Positions 25,187 through 37,981 of a stretch of 64,000 bases of DNA are shown here, piece after piece. The position numbers and the translations under genes are program-made. Source of the DNA: Eukaryota sp. TZLM1-RC (Eukaryota; Protista; Metamonada: BaSk clade); NCBI GenBank assembly GCA_040285825.1, contig JAUPSS010000002.1, positions 3,162,001 to 3,226,000 of the forward strand, read 5' to 3'. The notes under the pieces were generated by a model. The model did no database searches and was not told the origin of the DNA. It saw only the letters and a list, made by a program, of their open reading frames with translations. Numbering within the stretch: the stretch's first letter is position 1; every line of letters starts with the position of its first letter.

Positions 25187-27137
25187 AAAGTGCATTTCCA
25201 CAGGATTTTGAAAACTTTGTTTATGGTGAAGGGGATTATAGATTATCGACCACCTTTGAACAACGAAAGTTGAACAAAACATTGAGTTCTGTAGACCATT
25301 TGAAATATAGGCCTGAGTTTTTTAAACGACTCCCAACTGATGGATTAAGTAGACCTCCCGAGTACATGGCGTCAGTAATGTTTGCCAATTTTCAGAATAA
25401 TTTGAAACTAAATTATGAAAAACATATTAATCGATTTATTAATGTTTATTTTGACAAACCAGATGTGGAAAATGTGTTAGCAGAAATGCACAAGCTGGGT
25501 GTATACTCAAGGCCATTATCTACCATTATTTCACTATATAGATTTAGGCTTCGTCAATTCAAAACCTTGTTTTATGTTGATGACAGAGATTGTTTGAGTT
25601 CCTTGTTTCATCATCCTGACAATATTGCAGACCTTCTAAATGATGAATTTTTCGATTTATGCGAACGACAAAATATAAGAGATAATGAACTTACAGACAT
25701 ATTTGAAGGTCTTATTGAGCCATTGTCAAATTGAGAATTTGGTCACTGAGGAGAATTTGGTTGACAATATATTTCCAGTGGATATTCATTTTCTTGCAAA
25801 TGCTGTTGAAAAAGATCCTCAAATATTCCTAACACCAGCAATTACAATTGCCCAATATATTTCCAGTAGAGAGAAAAAACCTTATCTTATCTCTCCTGTT
25901 TCAACAACTGTAGGTTCTGGATATTTTCCCATTGATACAAGAACAATATGGAGAATTGTTAAACAAACATTAATTGATGATTTATCATCTACACAGACGC
26001 TAAAAATGTCCAATACATTAGCCCAAATTACGAAATTCAAACCACCTCAACAATGTGACTTTTGGTCTAATATTCTAAATTAAAACCAACCAATGTTCAA
26101 ACAGAAGAGCTATAAATTCAACAACATTATCCACACAGATGGATTTAATATTGCAGTAGAATTTGCTCGTCAGGATTTACAAGGTCAGAAATGTATGCCA
26201 GACAACAAGACTAGTATTTCCGATTTATATATTGATGATGTTGATCCTGATACTTTTCAAGATAAACGAATTTTTGTTTGTGATCCTGCGAAACGTGATT
26301 TATTATACGTTGGCAGTAAAAAAACGGATCAAGAATCAGCCACGGTGCCTAAACCTGAAACTCAACAGCAAAGAAATAGTGGGGTGATGAATCAAGACAA
26401 CAAGCACAAATGGTTGAGAATGGCTCAGATGTCCTGGTCTTTGAAAAGTAGGATGAATGAAAAGCAAAAACGATGGGGCGATAAAGTATACTGAGGTAGA
26501 TTACGACAGGAACCAAATGATAGAGTCTAACGATATCAAAATTGAAGATGAAAACACCGAATTATTTATGTGAGTTGCTAATTCAGCAACTTTTATAGAT
26601 TTTTCCAACTTGGTGGTTGCCAAACATCGGCAAGTTTTTTTGACAATTGACTTTTATAGTCTTGACTTGTGGAGCATTCATAAAATGCAAGCTTTTATTC
26701 ACAAGCAAAAAACTGAAAGTTGGTTATTAAAAAATCTTGCCCAGCAGTTTCGCTATCCAAAAGCCACTTTAATACTAATGGGTGATTATGGTAAAAAAAG
26801 GTTCCAAGAATTTAAAACATCAGAGACCAACTTGAGGCAGTGGATGGATTCAATTTCTGAAAAGAAATGGATTTGAAGTATTGATGATTAATGAAGCGTT
26901 CACTTCAGCAAAATGTCCTGTTTGTTTTCAAAGGTTGCTACGTTTTTGAGAGTAACAAATCCCAGATTCTATAGAAGAGAAAAGACTCCAGTTACTACAT
27001 GTCATGGTTTATTAGCTTGCAAAAGTGAGAGTTGCAAACACAGTAACAAAGGCTCAACAAAGCTTTTCAATAGAAATAAACTGGCTTGTCGGAATATGTT
27101 TGCAATTGCTGAAGCTAGAATGAGTGGTAATGAAAGC

Positions 27138-27209
27138 TCTCAGTATCTGTGTAGATAGTGATTTTAATTATTCCACACGAAAATTGATGGTGTAATTATC
27201 GGAATTTCC
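27138..27209 (+). ncRNA. Candidate Fanzor omega-RNA 3' scaffold / element right end
   Basis: Overlaps the Fanzor stop; GTGTAG...CACAC stem; a second copy at 45285-45359 shares sequence up to GAATTTCC and then diverges. Confidence 0.6.
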
Positions 27210-27221
27210 GATTGAATAACG

Positions 27222-29154
27222 ATGGCATCTCCTGACGAACTTCTTCTCCACTATAACCAGCTTCTCTCTGCCTCTTCTCTTGCTGACAACATCACTGAGC
27301 TCACAACATGTCTTGATTCCTTTCTTTTATTACCAATTCCTTCCTTGACGTCCTCTCAGCCTGATTTGCAACCTCTTCTCCCTCTTCTCACCTCAACAGA
27401 CCCCCCTATTCACCTTCTCAAAACCGTTCTTACCATTCTTTTCCGCATTTCTAATGCTACTTCATCCACCCCACCTACTCTATCCTCTCTATGCTCTTCT
27501 CTCATCAAATCCTGCTTTGTACAATCATTACAGTCTTCCTCATGTGCTAGTTCTCTTTTTCCAATCATTTCTTCAATCATTTATCCTTCTGCCACATCCC
27601 AATCACGTCATCAGATGACGTTTCGTTGTCTTTTACTCACCTTGCCGCACTTGAAACTCAATTGCCCCAGTTCAGAACAAAACACTCAAATCACCAATCA
27701 AAATGATTGTACCTGCATGGATTTGTTTAATTTAATATTATATGAGTTTAATGATAAAATTGAAAATTTGGTTGATATTGTAATTAAAGGAGGTTTTCCG
27801 CCATTGAAATATTTATTTGGGTTTGTGTATTTTTTCAAATATTTAATGGTTGCTAGTGATTTTTCTATTATAGAGTTTAATTTGAATTATTATTTAAAGT
27901 TGCTCAAAATTTTACTCGGTCAAAGCAATTCTGATGATTTGAGCTCTAATTTTGAGCTTTTTTCGTTAATTTTGAAACAGTTAGGTGAAATATTAATTGG
28001 TTTTGAACTCAGTCAAGTCATCAGACAACCAGCCAAGAAAAGCCAAGGAGAAGAGCTCTTTTCTGACCTATTAATTGAATTGTTCGACAAAATACCAAAT
28101 TTTACCCAAATTGATTCATTAAGTCTTGAAATTTCTGCTATTTTTGATCTTCTTTTAAAGAAGGATCAGCTGTTGAATTTTTTCATTGACAGCCTATTGG
28201 GATCATTCAATGGATCAGTTGTTGATCTTGACAAGTGCCACCGCAATTTTGACATTTTGAGCTCTATTAATGCCCAAAATTCTAAAACCTACAGTCAGAT
28301 TAGCTCAAAATTGCTGGTCAAAATGTCGATTGTCTTGATTAGCCAAAATATTCCGTTCTTTGACAAGCAACTGACACTTGGTGACCTCTTTTGCTTGTAC
28401 CAATCTACCTTGAGAATTCCGTGTTGTAGACCAATCATTTTGAAAAAAGAACTTTTAGAAAATTTAAATTTTAATGATATTTTAGTCTATTTAATAATTC
28501 CAAAAAAATATGTTGAAATTGTGCTGAACAAAGGTAATAGTAATCAATTTGATGATATTTTTGTGGATCTTTATCAAAATTTGATTGCCACGTGTCATCT
28601 GTTGTCACTTCTTCAAGACACTGTTGGACTCGAAATTTTCAAAATTTCAGATTGTCTTTCTGAAAATCATCCTGTTTTTATTACAAATTTTTTTACTCAA
28701 ATCAATTATCAAAGAATTAAATAGAAATAAAAATCCTGATAATTTTAGCCAATGTTTGCCATTTTTATGGTCTTTTCAACCACTATCATTGAAAATTTGC
28801 AGTCCAGCACTCATGTCAGAATTATTGGAGCTCACTCTTCAAATATTTGAACTTGTCAAATTAGATTATTCAATTTTAAGAAATGATTTATCATTTCTAC
28901 CAAGAATTATTGAGTTTATAAATTTCGAAAATTCTGAAGATTTGGATCAATCGCTCAAAATTAACCAATCAACGGTTAATTATATGTTGAAACTTCTTGA
29001 CCACTTTCCTAAATCAGACAGTCACAACAGTATCAAAAATGATTTAGACCAATTAATTCAATCAAATGATGAAGAATTTGAACGAATATCACGTGACCAT
29101 TCCTGGATGTCCGTCACAAGCAGTAGTGATGAAGCTCTTACTTTGAGTGAGTAG
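27222..29154 (+). CDS. Hypothetical leucine-rich helical protein (one frame change near 28620-28700)
   Basis: ORFs of 500 aa and 189 aa overlap; they could be joined by a possible 28-nt intron (28623-28650, atypical GTTGGA donor) or by a 1-nt indel in the T-run near 28688. Confidence 0.6.
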
Positions 29155-30143
29155 AACCAAAATTTTGACTGGTTTCTTGCGTGGAAAATATTTAATTATT
29201 TTGTATCTTTTTTTGGTTTGTTATACCTTTTTTGTTTGTGCTACATTGATGGTTTCATTAATTATTGTTAAATTTGAGTTGATGATGAATTAACTTAAAG
29301 TGTATATAAATTTCAATTTAATTTGTTTTATTTATTTTGTTTTAGTGAAACCATCACCATCATGTTTTCTGTGTTGAGATTTTTCTTCACATCACGAGAA
29401 AATGTTTGTAAATATTTCCAAGAAAATCCCGAGATTTTCAAAATCACTGATGACATAAAGAAAATATGGTGGTACGAACTTACCAGAGTTGATTGAAAGT
29501 TTCTAAATCAGATAAAAAATCATCAATTTCTTGAGTTAATTCTTCAATATCACTATTTCTTCTTTTCAGTGGTTCTGGTGGTAACTCATTAACTAACATC
29601 CTCATCCTCTTCGTCTTTATTAGTGTAATCTGATGTAAATTTTGACTTTTTAAACAAACTCCAAAGTAAAATTTTAATAACAATACATATTGCAAGGATA
29701 ACATTCAAAAAATTTACTCAGTTGTGAGAGGTTTTAGGATGATACTAGCAATGCAGATGTGTTATCGTCAGACATTTGATAACTTTAAAACATAATATTG
29801 TAGGAAAAAATGAGAAAAGCATTGATTGATGAATTCTTGAAAAATGATCAAAATCTATACATTAGATTCAATGAACTCTCTATCTAGACACTTAGTCAAA
29901 GAAACCTTTGGTGGATTATGAAATTCTCTTAGGCAGTGACCATCATTAAGCAATATTAAAGGGTGAAATAGATAAATCAGCATCATCTACTGGTCTTCAT
30001 GAAATACAAACAACTCAGCTTTTTTTTCACTAAATTTGAATGTAATGATGTAGGATCAAAAGATAGTTCTAAATAAAGGTCTTTGTTGGTGAAGACAACT
30101 TACAAAAACAACTCTACAAATTTATGAAAACAAGCTAGACAAT

Positions 30144-33100
30144 TTTTTGTTCTCACTCACTTTCAACGTTTTCCTTTTTCTCAACTTGACGTCCAATTGT
30201 CAGTTCGATTGAATTCCTCTATTCTCCATGTCAGACACTTTCAGTGATACTGACTGGCCTGCAAAAAATACCGAACGTGATGTTGACAAATCAACCTCCT
30301 CAACCACCAATTGTTCTCATTTTCCCCACCTGTCACTCCATGCTGGAAAATTATTGGAAAAAATTTAAATGAAAATTTTTCTAAACTACGCCACGAATGC
30401 AGTAAATGTCGAAAATCCGAACATAACATTGCAACTTGTCCGCTTATTCAAAAGGAAAAACTTAATGCTCGTGCTGCTTCTGCTGATTTAAATTTTTCGT
30501 TATCACACAATCCTGAAAATGAATTTTTAATTGAGATTTCCGATAACATTTCTGACAAAGAAGATCAAACAAATGACAAAAAATGTGTTTTTTGTCGAAA
30601 GCTTGTTGTTGTCAATGATTCTGGTCGACCTTTACTTTTTTGTGATTCTTGTGTTGCTGCTGATCAGCTACGTTGTCCCATTCGTGTTCCTGCTCTGCTT
30701 AGTCCGTTGGCTTCGATACCTTTTGCTGTTGTTCTTCGTGCTTTTACAGAAAATCTCCGTAAAGGATTATGGGATGTCACACCGATTGGGAAATTTTTTC
30801 TGAAAAAAGATAAAAAAACTTTTATCGAAAAAATCAAATTTTAAAAAAACTGTTTTTTCGAAAGAAAAATTAGTCAGAAAATTAGCTTTAAAAGGACGTT
30901 TTGGATCTGCAAAACAATGTCTATTCTCTTCTGATTTAGCTGAATGTAATGAAAACACATTGTTCCAATTGAATCATCTTCATCCAGAAGAAAATTTTCA
31001 TTGTCTTAAACCAGATTCAGTTGATTATTGGCTGTAAAATCCTGTCAATGCTTCAGAGGTATTGAAACTCATTCAGCAAATGCCTACTGAAAAAGCTCCT
31101 GGGCCATCTTTGTTGAATTTTGACATGATCAAATCAGCTGTTGGACAGTGTCCTGAAATTGCTGATGATCTTGTTCTTTTTTTAATAATCTTCTTACGTT
31201 AATAATTAAAGTCCCTTTTGAGATGACCAGTGCTCACTTAATTGCCCTCAAAAAATGTCAATCCAAAATCCGTCCAATTGCAATTGGAGAATCGTTTTCA
31301 AGAATTCTTGCGTCTCTTGTTTTCAATAGAATTGGGAAAGCCAAAGAATTTTTCAGTCCATTTCAATTTGGAATCAAGACAATTGATGGTGCTTCATCTG
31401 CTGCTCTTTCGTCGGATGTGTTTTTCAATTCTAGTTATTCTAATCTATTCATTTTATGGAAAATCATCCACATTGGTCTATGAAAACTTTGACCTGCTTT
31501 CGTCTTCAAGTGTTAAACAAGGCGATCCACTTGGTCCTTTTTTCTTTTGTCTGGCAATTCATCCATTAATGTGCGAATTAAAAGAAAAATTCCCAGAAAT
31601 AGATATTGTAGCATATATGGATGACATTTCTGTAATTGCTCCTATTACAATTCTCAAAAAAATAGCAATTTTTTCAACAGCGTTATGAAGATATTGGTCT
31701 TCCATTGAATATCTTCAAATGTTTGATTATTGGCCATGAATCAATTGATTTTTTCATTAATGATGTCAATGTCCCCTTCATCAATTATGATCAGTCTGGT
31801 TTTCGTTTTGTGGGTTGTTATCTCGGAAATATTGAAGAAGTCAAAGGCCAACTTTCGACTCTGTTGACTCAATTTGGAAATGAATTAGAATCAATAGAAA
31901 ATTTAAATATTGAGAAACATTTGAAATTCTTTTTCCTAAAAATTTGTTATTCTCGAAAATTTACTCATATTTTGAGATCAACATCACCATCAATTTTTTT
32001 GGATTTTTGTCGAATTTTTGATAAACAAAGAGCCAATTTTTTAGCAAAATTATTGGAAATTGATGCATCTCAGTTACAAAGCCACATTTTTTGTGGTACA
32101 AATTTTGGAGGTATTGATTTTCATAAATCAAGCTACCTTTGTAAAGCTGCCTTTATTGGAGGTGGAAAGAATTTTATTTATGAATTTGTGAATCGTTTTC
32201 CTGAAAAAATTCATCTCATTGAAAATTGTGACAGCTCTTATCTTATTTCTTTACAACAGGAAATTGAAACTCTTTCACCCAATATTTGGTTTAAATGTTT
32301 CCCCTCTGATATTGTGAAACTTCCTCCAAGAAGCTTGCTCTCCTTACCACTGACTTTTGCAAAATTGCAGAACAAAATCTTGAAAGTTTTAGAAAACTTG
32401 GATTATATTGTACGTCTTAGCTTGGCAAAAGAAAAAATCCCGTTTTTACAAACTTTTTGTTTGATCTTGATGAAAGTTGCTCAAGTTGCCTAATCTCCCA
32501 AATTCCCAACATTTATGACCTTCTACTCAATGATCACCAATGGACCACTGCAATAAGAATAAGATGTTTTCTATGGCCTTGTTCTTTACCAAATGATTTA
32601 ATTTGTCGCTGCAAGAGTGTTCTTACGCTTTCCCATATTTTAAACTGTAAGTATTTCATAACTTATCGCTCAATTGTTCATGACTCAGTTCGTGATCAAT
32701 TATATGCCATGTGCGAAAGTTTCAATATAGATGCATTTATTGAGCCATTAGTACGTAAGCTGTCTTCAGATCAAACTGATGATTCCTTTGGTGAAAGAAG
32801 GGCAGATTTAGTAGCTCCAGGGATCGATGGTGTTCTCAATGTTGTAGATGTTGTCTCAGTTGATGTTTGCAAAAATTCTGCTGCTCGATTAGTGAATTCC
32901 GCTGATTCGCCGTTATCTAACGCCGAAAAAAAAAGAAGATAAAAAATTTAAAGAACCTTTGGCACAGTTAGGTAGAGTAGAACATGTGATATATCAGTTT
33001 GTACCGTTTGCAATTTCTCTTTTTGGCAATATTGGACCTTTAGGGTTGCACTTTTTTGAAAATTTCAAAAAATGTTACTGAATAGGTCTGGTAAAACAAT

Positions 33101-33301
33101 GAACTCCACTTTCTGGTTAAATAGAATTGTTTTTTGCATTTTCAAGTCTATTCCAACAATGATTTCAAAGGCACTTTTAGCTATTGGTGTAGAATATGAA
33201 CGTACTGCTGTGAGAAGGTTTCGTAATAGTGGCGCTTGTCTGGAAGATATTGAATTCTAGATGGGTTAATTGTATCTCATTAAATATTCCAGTTTAAAAA
33301 A
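30144..33301 (+). mobile_element. Full-length but decayed CRE-like non-LTR retrotransposon with 12-bp TSD
   Basis: TSD AAGCTAGACAAT at 30132-30143 and 33302-33313; N-terminal CSKC-x4-H-x4-C and CxxC...CxxC; RT KIRPIAIGE, QGDPLGP, YMDD; CCHC + RLE; short A tail. The LDFKNAFN motif is deleted relative to the 51821 copy. Confidence 0.92.
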
Positions 33302-33485
33302 AAGCTAGACAATAAATTAAATAAACTGCTTGTAGCTCAAATAATGTTATCAAACACAGCTTGTTATTAGCCAAGTTTTCAATTTCAGATATCCGCTAAT
33401 TAGTCATCATTTCAGTGACAGTATCCTGACTCAGTTAACACAAAAAAGACTATTTTGAGTGTTGAATCATATTTGTAAAACGTAA

Positions 33486-33634
33486 TGATGGTCTTGGCTG
33501 TTCGTTATGACGGGACATACAGTAAATGGAATGAGATTTATTACGAAGAGGAATTGTATTCTCTCTTCTTAAACTAATAGGCGGAATACTAATAAACTAT
33601 ATAATTAAACTATAAATACTATTCAAGACTAACA
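33486..33634 (-). mobile_element. Solo LTR of element B family, TSD GTAA
   Basis: Similar to 25033-25186 over its full length; GTAA at 33482-33485 and 33635-33638. Confidence 0.92.
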
Positions 33635-33738
33635 GTAACATCCATTCTTGTTTTGTTTCGAGTAATAGAGCAAATCGAATTGTCAAATTACTTCTAATTA
33701 TATCAGGCCAGAAAATCCTTTTATTTCACAAAATGTCA

Positions 33739-34841
33739 TCAACATTGGTCTGCAATTTCATCAGATGTAACTTCCCTATGACCGGTTATGTGGAATGTCA
33801 TTTCTTCACCGTTGACGTCCACGGTGACAACAGCAAGATAATCGTCATCAGTAAAGCACCATTTAGTTGAACCATAAGTGTATCGGGTACAAATTGCCCT
33901 GTAAGTTTTCGAATCGATGGTTTTGATAATAGTAAAGGTATCACCTCTCTCAGCATCAGGATGCACTGTGAGTATATTGAAGACTGTTTGAGTCATAGAG
34001 GAACATGATGATGTAGGAATACCATTACGACACTTCTTAGAATCTGTACAAAGGTGAGTATCACCGTCAAAGTGGTTTGAGATCCAAATATCACGGGCAT
34101 CAATATTGATCATGAATTCATGGCCCAGGAAGAAGTCACGACCATAAAATCTACGAATCTTCTGAAGATCTTTTGGTGGAAGATCTGGATCAACTGGATC
34201 ATCTGGATCATCTGGATCATCTGGATCATCTGCGCATTGGTCCGTAATTTCGTTGGATGTAACTTCCCTTTCATCAGTCACGTAGAAGGTCATTTCTTCA
34301 TTTTGAATCCAAACTTTGATGGTTGCGAGGAAACCATCAGAAGTCAAACACCACTCGGTTGAACCATAGGTATATTTAGTGCATGTTCTACTATAAGTGT
34401 TTCCTCCCCGACTTTCGGTAATAGTAACGGTATAACCTTTCTCAGCGTCAGAATTCACTGTGAGTGCATCCAAGACTGTTTGAGACATAGAGGAACATGA
34501 TGATGTAGGACTACCATTGCGACACTTCTTAGAATCTGTACATAGGTGGGTATCGCCATCAAAGTGGTTTGAGATCCAAATATCACGGGCATCAATGTCC
34601 ACCATGAATTCATGGCCCAGGAAGAAGTCACGGCCATAGAATCGTCGAATCTTCTGAAGTTCTGAATCTGATGATGAAACAGAGTTAAAATAAGCCAGAA
34701 TCAGAATAAGACAGAGGATGAGTATGGATATACCACTAATCCCCAATACAATCAAGGGATTGCGTTTCTTTCTTAAATTAGATTGGGTGTGGATCTTAGA
34801 TACTTTGTTGGCTGAAGGGGTGTATAAGCGTTAGCAATCAT
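33739..34841 (-). CDS. Single-pass membrane protein with two Cys-rich domains and (DDP)n linker; intron 34772-34803
   Basis: A 32-nt GTATCT..CTAAT..TAAG intron at the homologous position. In-frame ATG at 34841; the MNH-type ATG at 34897 is out of frame. Confidence 0.75.
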
Positions 34842-35364
34842 GAAATGTTGCTGCTAAGTGTGTTTGGGTAAATAAGTAGATCTTGATTGTGATTCATTCA
34901 ATTTGCCCCATTAGATCTGATTTTACTAAGTGTTGTTGTTCAATAGAATTTGTATTCTTCGTGCTCTATTTTGCAGTTCTTTATTAGAAGCCCAAAAGCC
35001 ATAGGGAGACCCAAAGCAAATCAACAATTTTGGAGGCAAGTTTTGGTGAGTATCACACAAATGATTAATTGAATTTTCCTTTTGTTGAAACCAAGTTGAG
35101 AGCTGATGTTATTCTTAAGACAAAACATACATATGTAAAAAGAAAAAACTCTCTTGAATTCAGTGAAATAAGTTGATGGTGAATTGCAAATTGGAATGTA
35201 TCAAAAGCTACATTCTTGCTCATGATCATTATTTTGCAAGCCGTTCAACAATTTTATTTTATTTTAATTTACTTTTGTTATTTTTTCAACAATTTTACCG
35301 ACAATCTGCTTTTATAGAAATAGGGGAAGTATTGAAGAGAATCTGTTAGTTCCGTCAGTATAAG

Positions 35365-37057
35365 TTTTTTTTAAAATTTAATTTTATTCTAAACCTATAA
35401 ATCAACATCTAAAAAATCCATCTCTCCCAAAACAAAAACACTAGATGCAACTCTCTCATAGTGAGATCCAAGAGAAAGCAAAGCATCAGAAACCATCTTC
35501 AACATCCCCTTAAAAATAGAAAACACAATTCTATTTTGCCAAAACAATCTGTTGAAATTTCTGCCAGTTCTTCTCTTTACAATCATTTCAAAATCATCCA
35601 AAAAACGTAAAGCAGTTGGTGCAAGTGAACCAAAAAGGGAAAATACAAATGGATACAAATTGTATTTTTGCATGCTGTAGACTGGCCAATTTGGACAAAG
35701 GTTCATTGTATTTTTGAATTTAAAATTTTCAGCATTTGAAAGGGGATTATGAATTTCAGAATTAACAAGCCTTTCATTTGAGGCATTACAAGGATCAACA
35801 GACATTACATCCAATAAAATGAAGCTTCCATCTAATCCAGGTAATATGACATCACCTCTATTATTCTTATGAAAATCATTTTCAGCATCAAACAGATTTG
35901 ACAACAAAGGTTCCAAGAAGGATTCAATTCTATGAGATTTACACATACAATATAACTGGTCTCTTACAGCATCATGAACCTTGCTTCTAAAAGTAATAAA
36001 ATGTTTACAATTTAACAAATGAGTAGTTGTAATTTCTCGAGAACATTTACAAATTAAATTATGAGGTAAATTATCAGGCCAGATAAAGGAACGAAATCTC
36101 ATATTCAGAGTCCAAGCAGAATCGGATAAGAGAGTACCATAAACTTGTGGAATTGTTGTTACTAAGGCAGAAGAAGTACTGTCACACATATCTTGTAAAA
36201 GATTTGCAAAAGCGGGATTCTTTTTCTTGGCCAAGCCAAGTCTAACATCAAAATCCAAGCTTTCAAAAATCTTTGACAATTTTTGTTGAAGCTTTTTACA
36301 GCAAAACTGTAAATTAAATAGAGATCGGTTTGGAATTTCTTGAATTGATTGAGGAAAACATTTGGTCCAAATTTGTGGCGGTAATTTTTCAAGTTCACAA
36401 AAGAACTCATACAAATAGGGACTACAATTGGGGACTAACAGATGAGAATCATCAGGAAATCTACGAGAAAATTCATAAATAAAATTTTTGCCACCACCCA
36501 AGAATGCTGATTGACACAAAATTGAAGATTTAGTAAAACCAATACCACCCAAATTTGCTGAAGAAAATAAATGGCTTTTCAACATTCCTGGTTCTACATC
36601 CAATAAATCAGCAAAAAATTCTGTTCTCAATGAATTAAAAGAACGACAAAAATCTAATGCTATGGAAGGAGCACAAGATCTCAAAATGTGGGTTATTCTC
36701 CCAGTGTAGCAAATTTTAAGCATGAAAAATTTAATATGCTTTTCTATATCTAAAGAAGAAATTGAATCAAGTTCAATTTTCATTTTTTCCAAAATAACTT
36801 GCAATTCATTCTGAATTTGAGGCACCTTTCCTAACCAACAACCAAGGAACTTAAAAGCATCACTACTATAATTAGTAAAAGGGACAATAGAATCGTTTAT
36901 CACGAGGTCTTGAGCAGAAGAGCCAATCAGAAGGCATTTGCTGGCATTAAGATGAAGCCCAATATTTTCATATGAATCGGCAATTTCTTGAGCAACCAAT
37001 TCTAGTAAATCAAATGAACCAATCAAGGATATATCATCCATATAAGCAACTATTTCA
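35365..37057 (-). mobile_element. 5'-truncated CRE-like non-LTR retrotransposon with 11-12 bp TSD
   Basis: 548-aa ORF from AYMDD to the RLE; A tail; TSD GTCAGTATAAG at 35354-35364 and 37058-37068. Confidence 0.92.
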
Positions 37058-37353
37058 GTCAGTATAAGTGGCTTTTATTTTAAAACGTTTTATTAATAAA
37101 AAACAATTTTTCCTATTAATAGTCAAACAGAAATACTGAGCTAGCAACACTTCTAATCCACTGTCCATGGTGTGTTTCTATCATTTTACTCCATCAAACA
37201 AGCATTTGTTTAGGTCCCGTCGAAACAGAGAGGGAGCGAGGAAGGGAGAATTGTTGAGATTGCTGAATGGGAAGAAGACAAGAGGTAAAGGAAGAAGGAA
37301 ACTGGAAAAAACATAGAGTTTAGACGGAGTAACAACGATCTAAACAGCTAGAG

Positions 37354-37543
37354 GGTAAATCGAGCTGATGTTGATGACCACTAATAGAGATACAGTGGAT
37401 AGGCATTTGATACCATGTCGAAGTTAGCAATCAATTAGAAATTGCAATCAGCATGTCAGACATCGTGTCAGACAGCGAAATTATCTTGACTCTTTCCATT
37501 CTTCTAACATCATGCAGCAAAAGGAGAAAAAGGATAACGAGGT
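37354..37543. repeat. Second copy of the 16611-16796 block
   Basis: Direct similarity. Confidence 0.85.
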
Positions 37544-37981
37544 TACGGACCTGGTTCCGACCTTCTCCTTTTTTCGAACTCTTCAGTCGGGAACAGTCAT
37601 CCTGCTTTACAGGAATAAACGGCAGGTCAGAGCCTCGATTTTCTATCGGAATCGTCGTTCTGTTCCTTCCGTGTTGGTAGAGTATTGCACCGTTTTCTGT
37701 CATCATGTGAGTCATGATAAAAGTGGTGTTGAATCAGCCATGGTGCTAATCACCTTAAATACGGGATGTTTCTTTTGTTTATGTTTTGTTTTGAATTGTT
37801 ATTTTGATGTTTTTGATTTTGTTGTTTTTTGTGGTTTAGGTACTTGCACTTTAGATATGGGAGGTTGTGTCTTAAATTGTTATTTTGATAATGTTGAGTT
37901 TGATGATTATGTTTATAATTCATGTTTAGTTTATGCTACCAACATCTTCTATCAACAAACCCATTTACTGTTGATTTAACA

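Larger units (their letters stand above)
17036..27158 (+). pseudogene. Exonuclease-Fanzor1 fusion gene, copy A (split by Gypsy element B)
   Basis: ExoII LNHNLIKFD and ExoIII YGFFD are in the same frame as the Fanzor N-terminus YKTIRATV...HTTCCLKLY. Removing 17801-25190 restores the frame into NFQNNLKLNY. Later motifs: FPIDT, IHTDG, CDPAKRDL (RuvC-I), MGDY, INEAFTS (RuvC-II), HGLLAC, FNRN (RuvC-III). Several stops and frameshifts. Confidence 0.85.

Noticed and set aside
29300-30120. Possible decayed coding sequence (also 7000-8450)
   Set aside because: No motif that I can assign.
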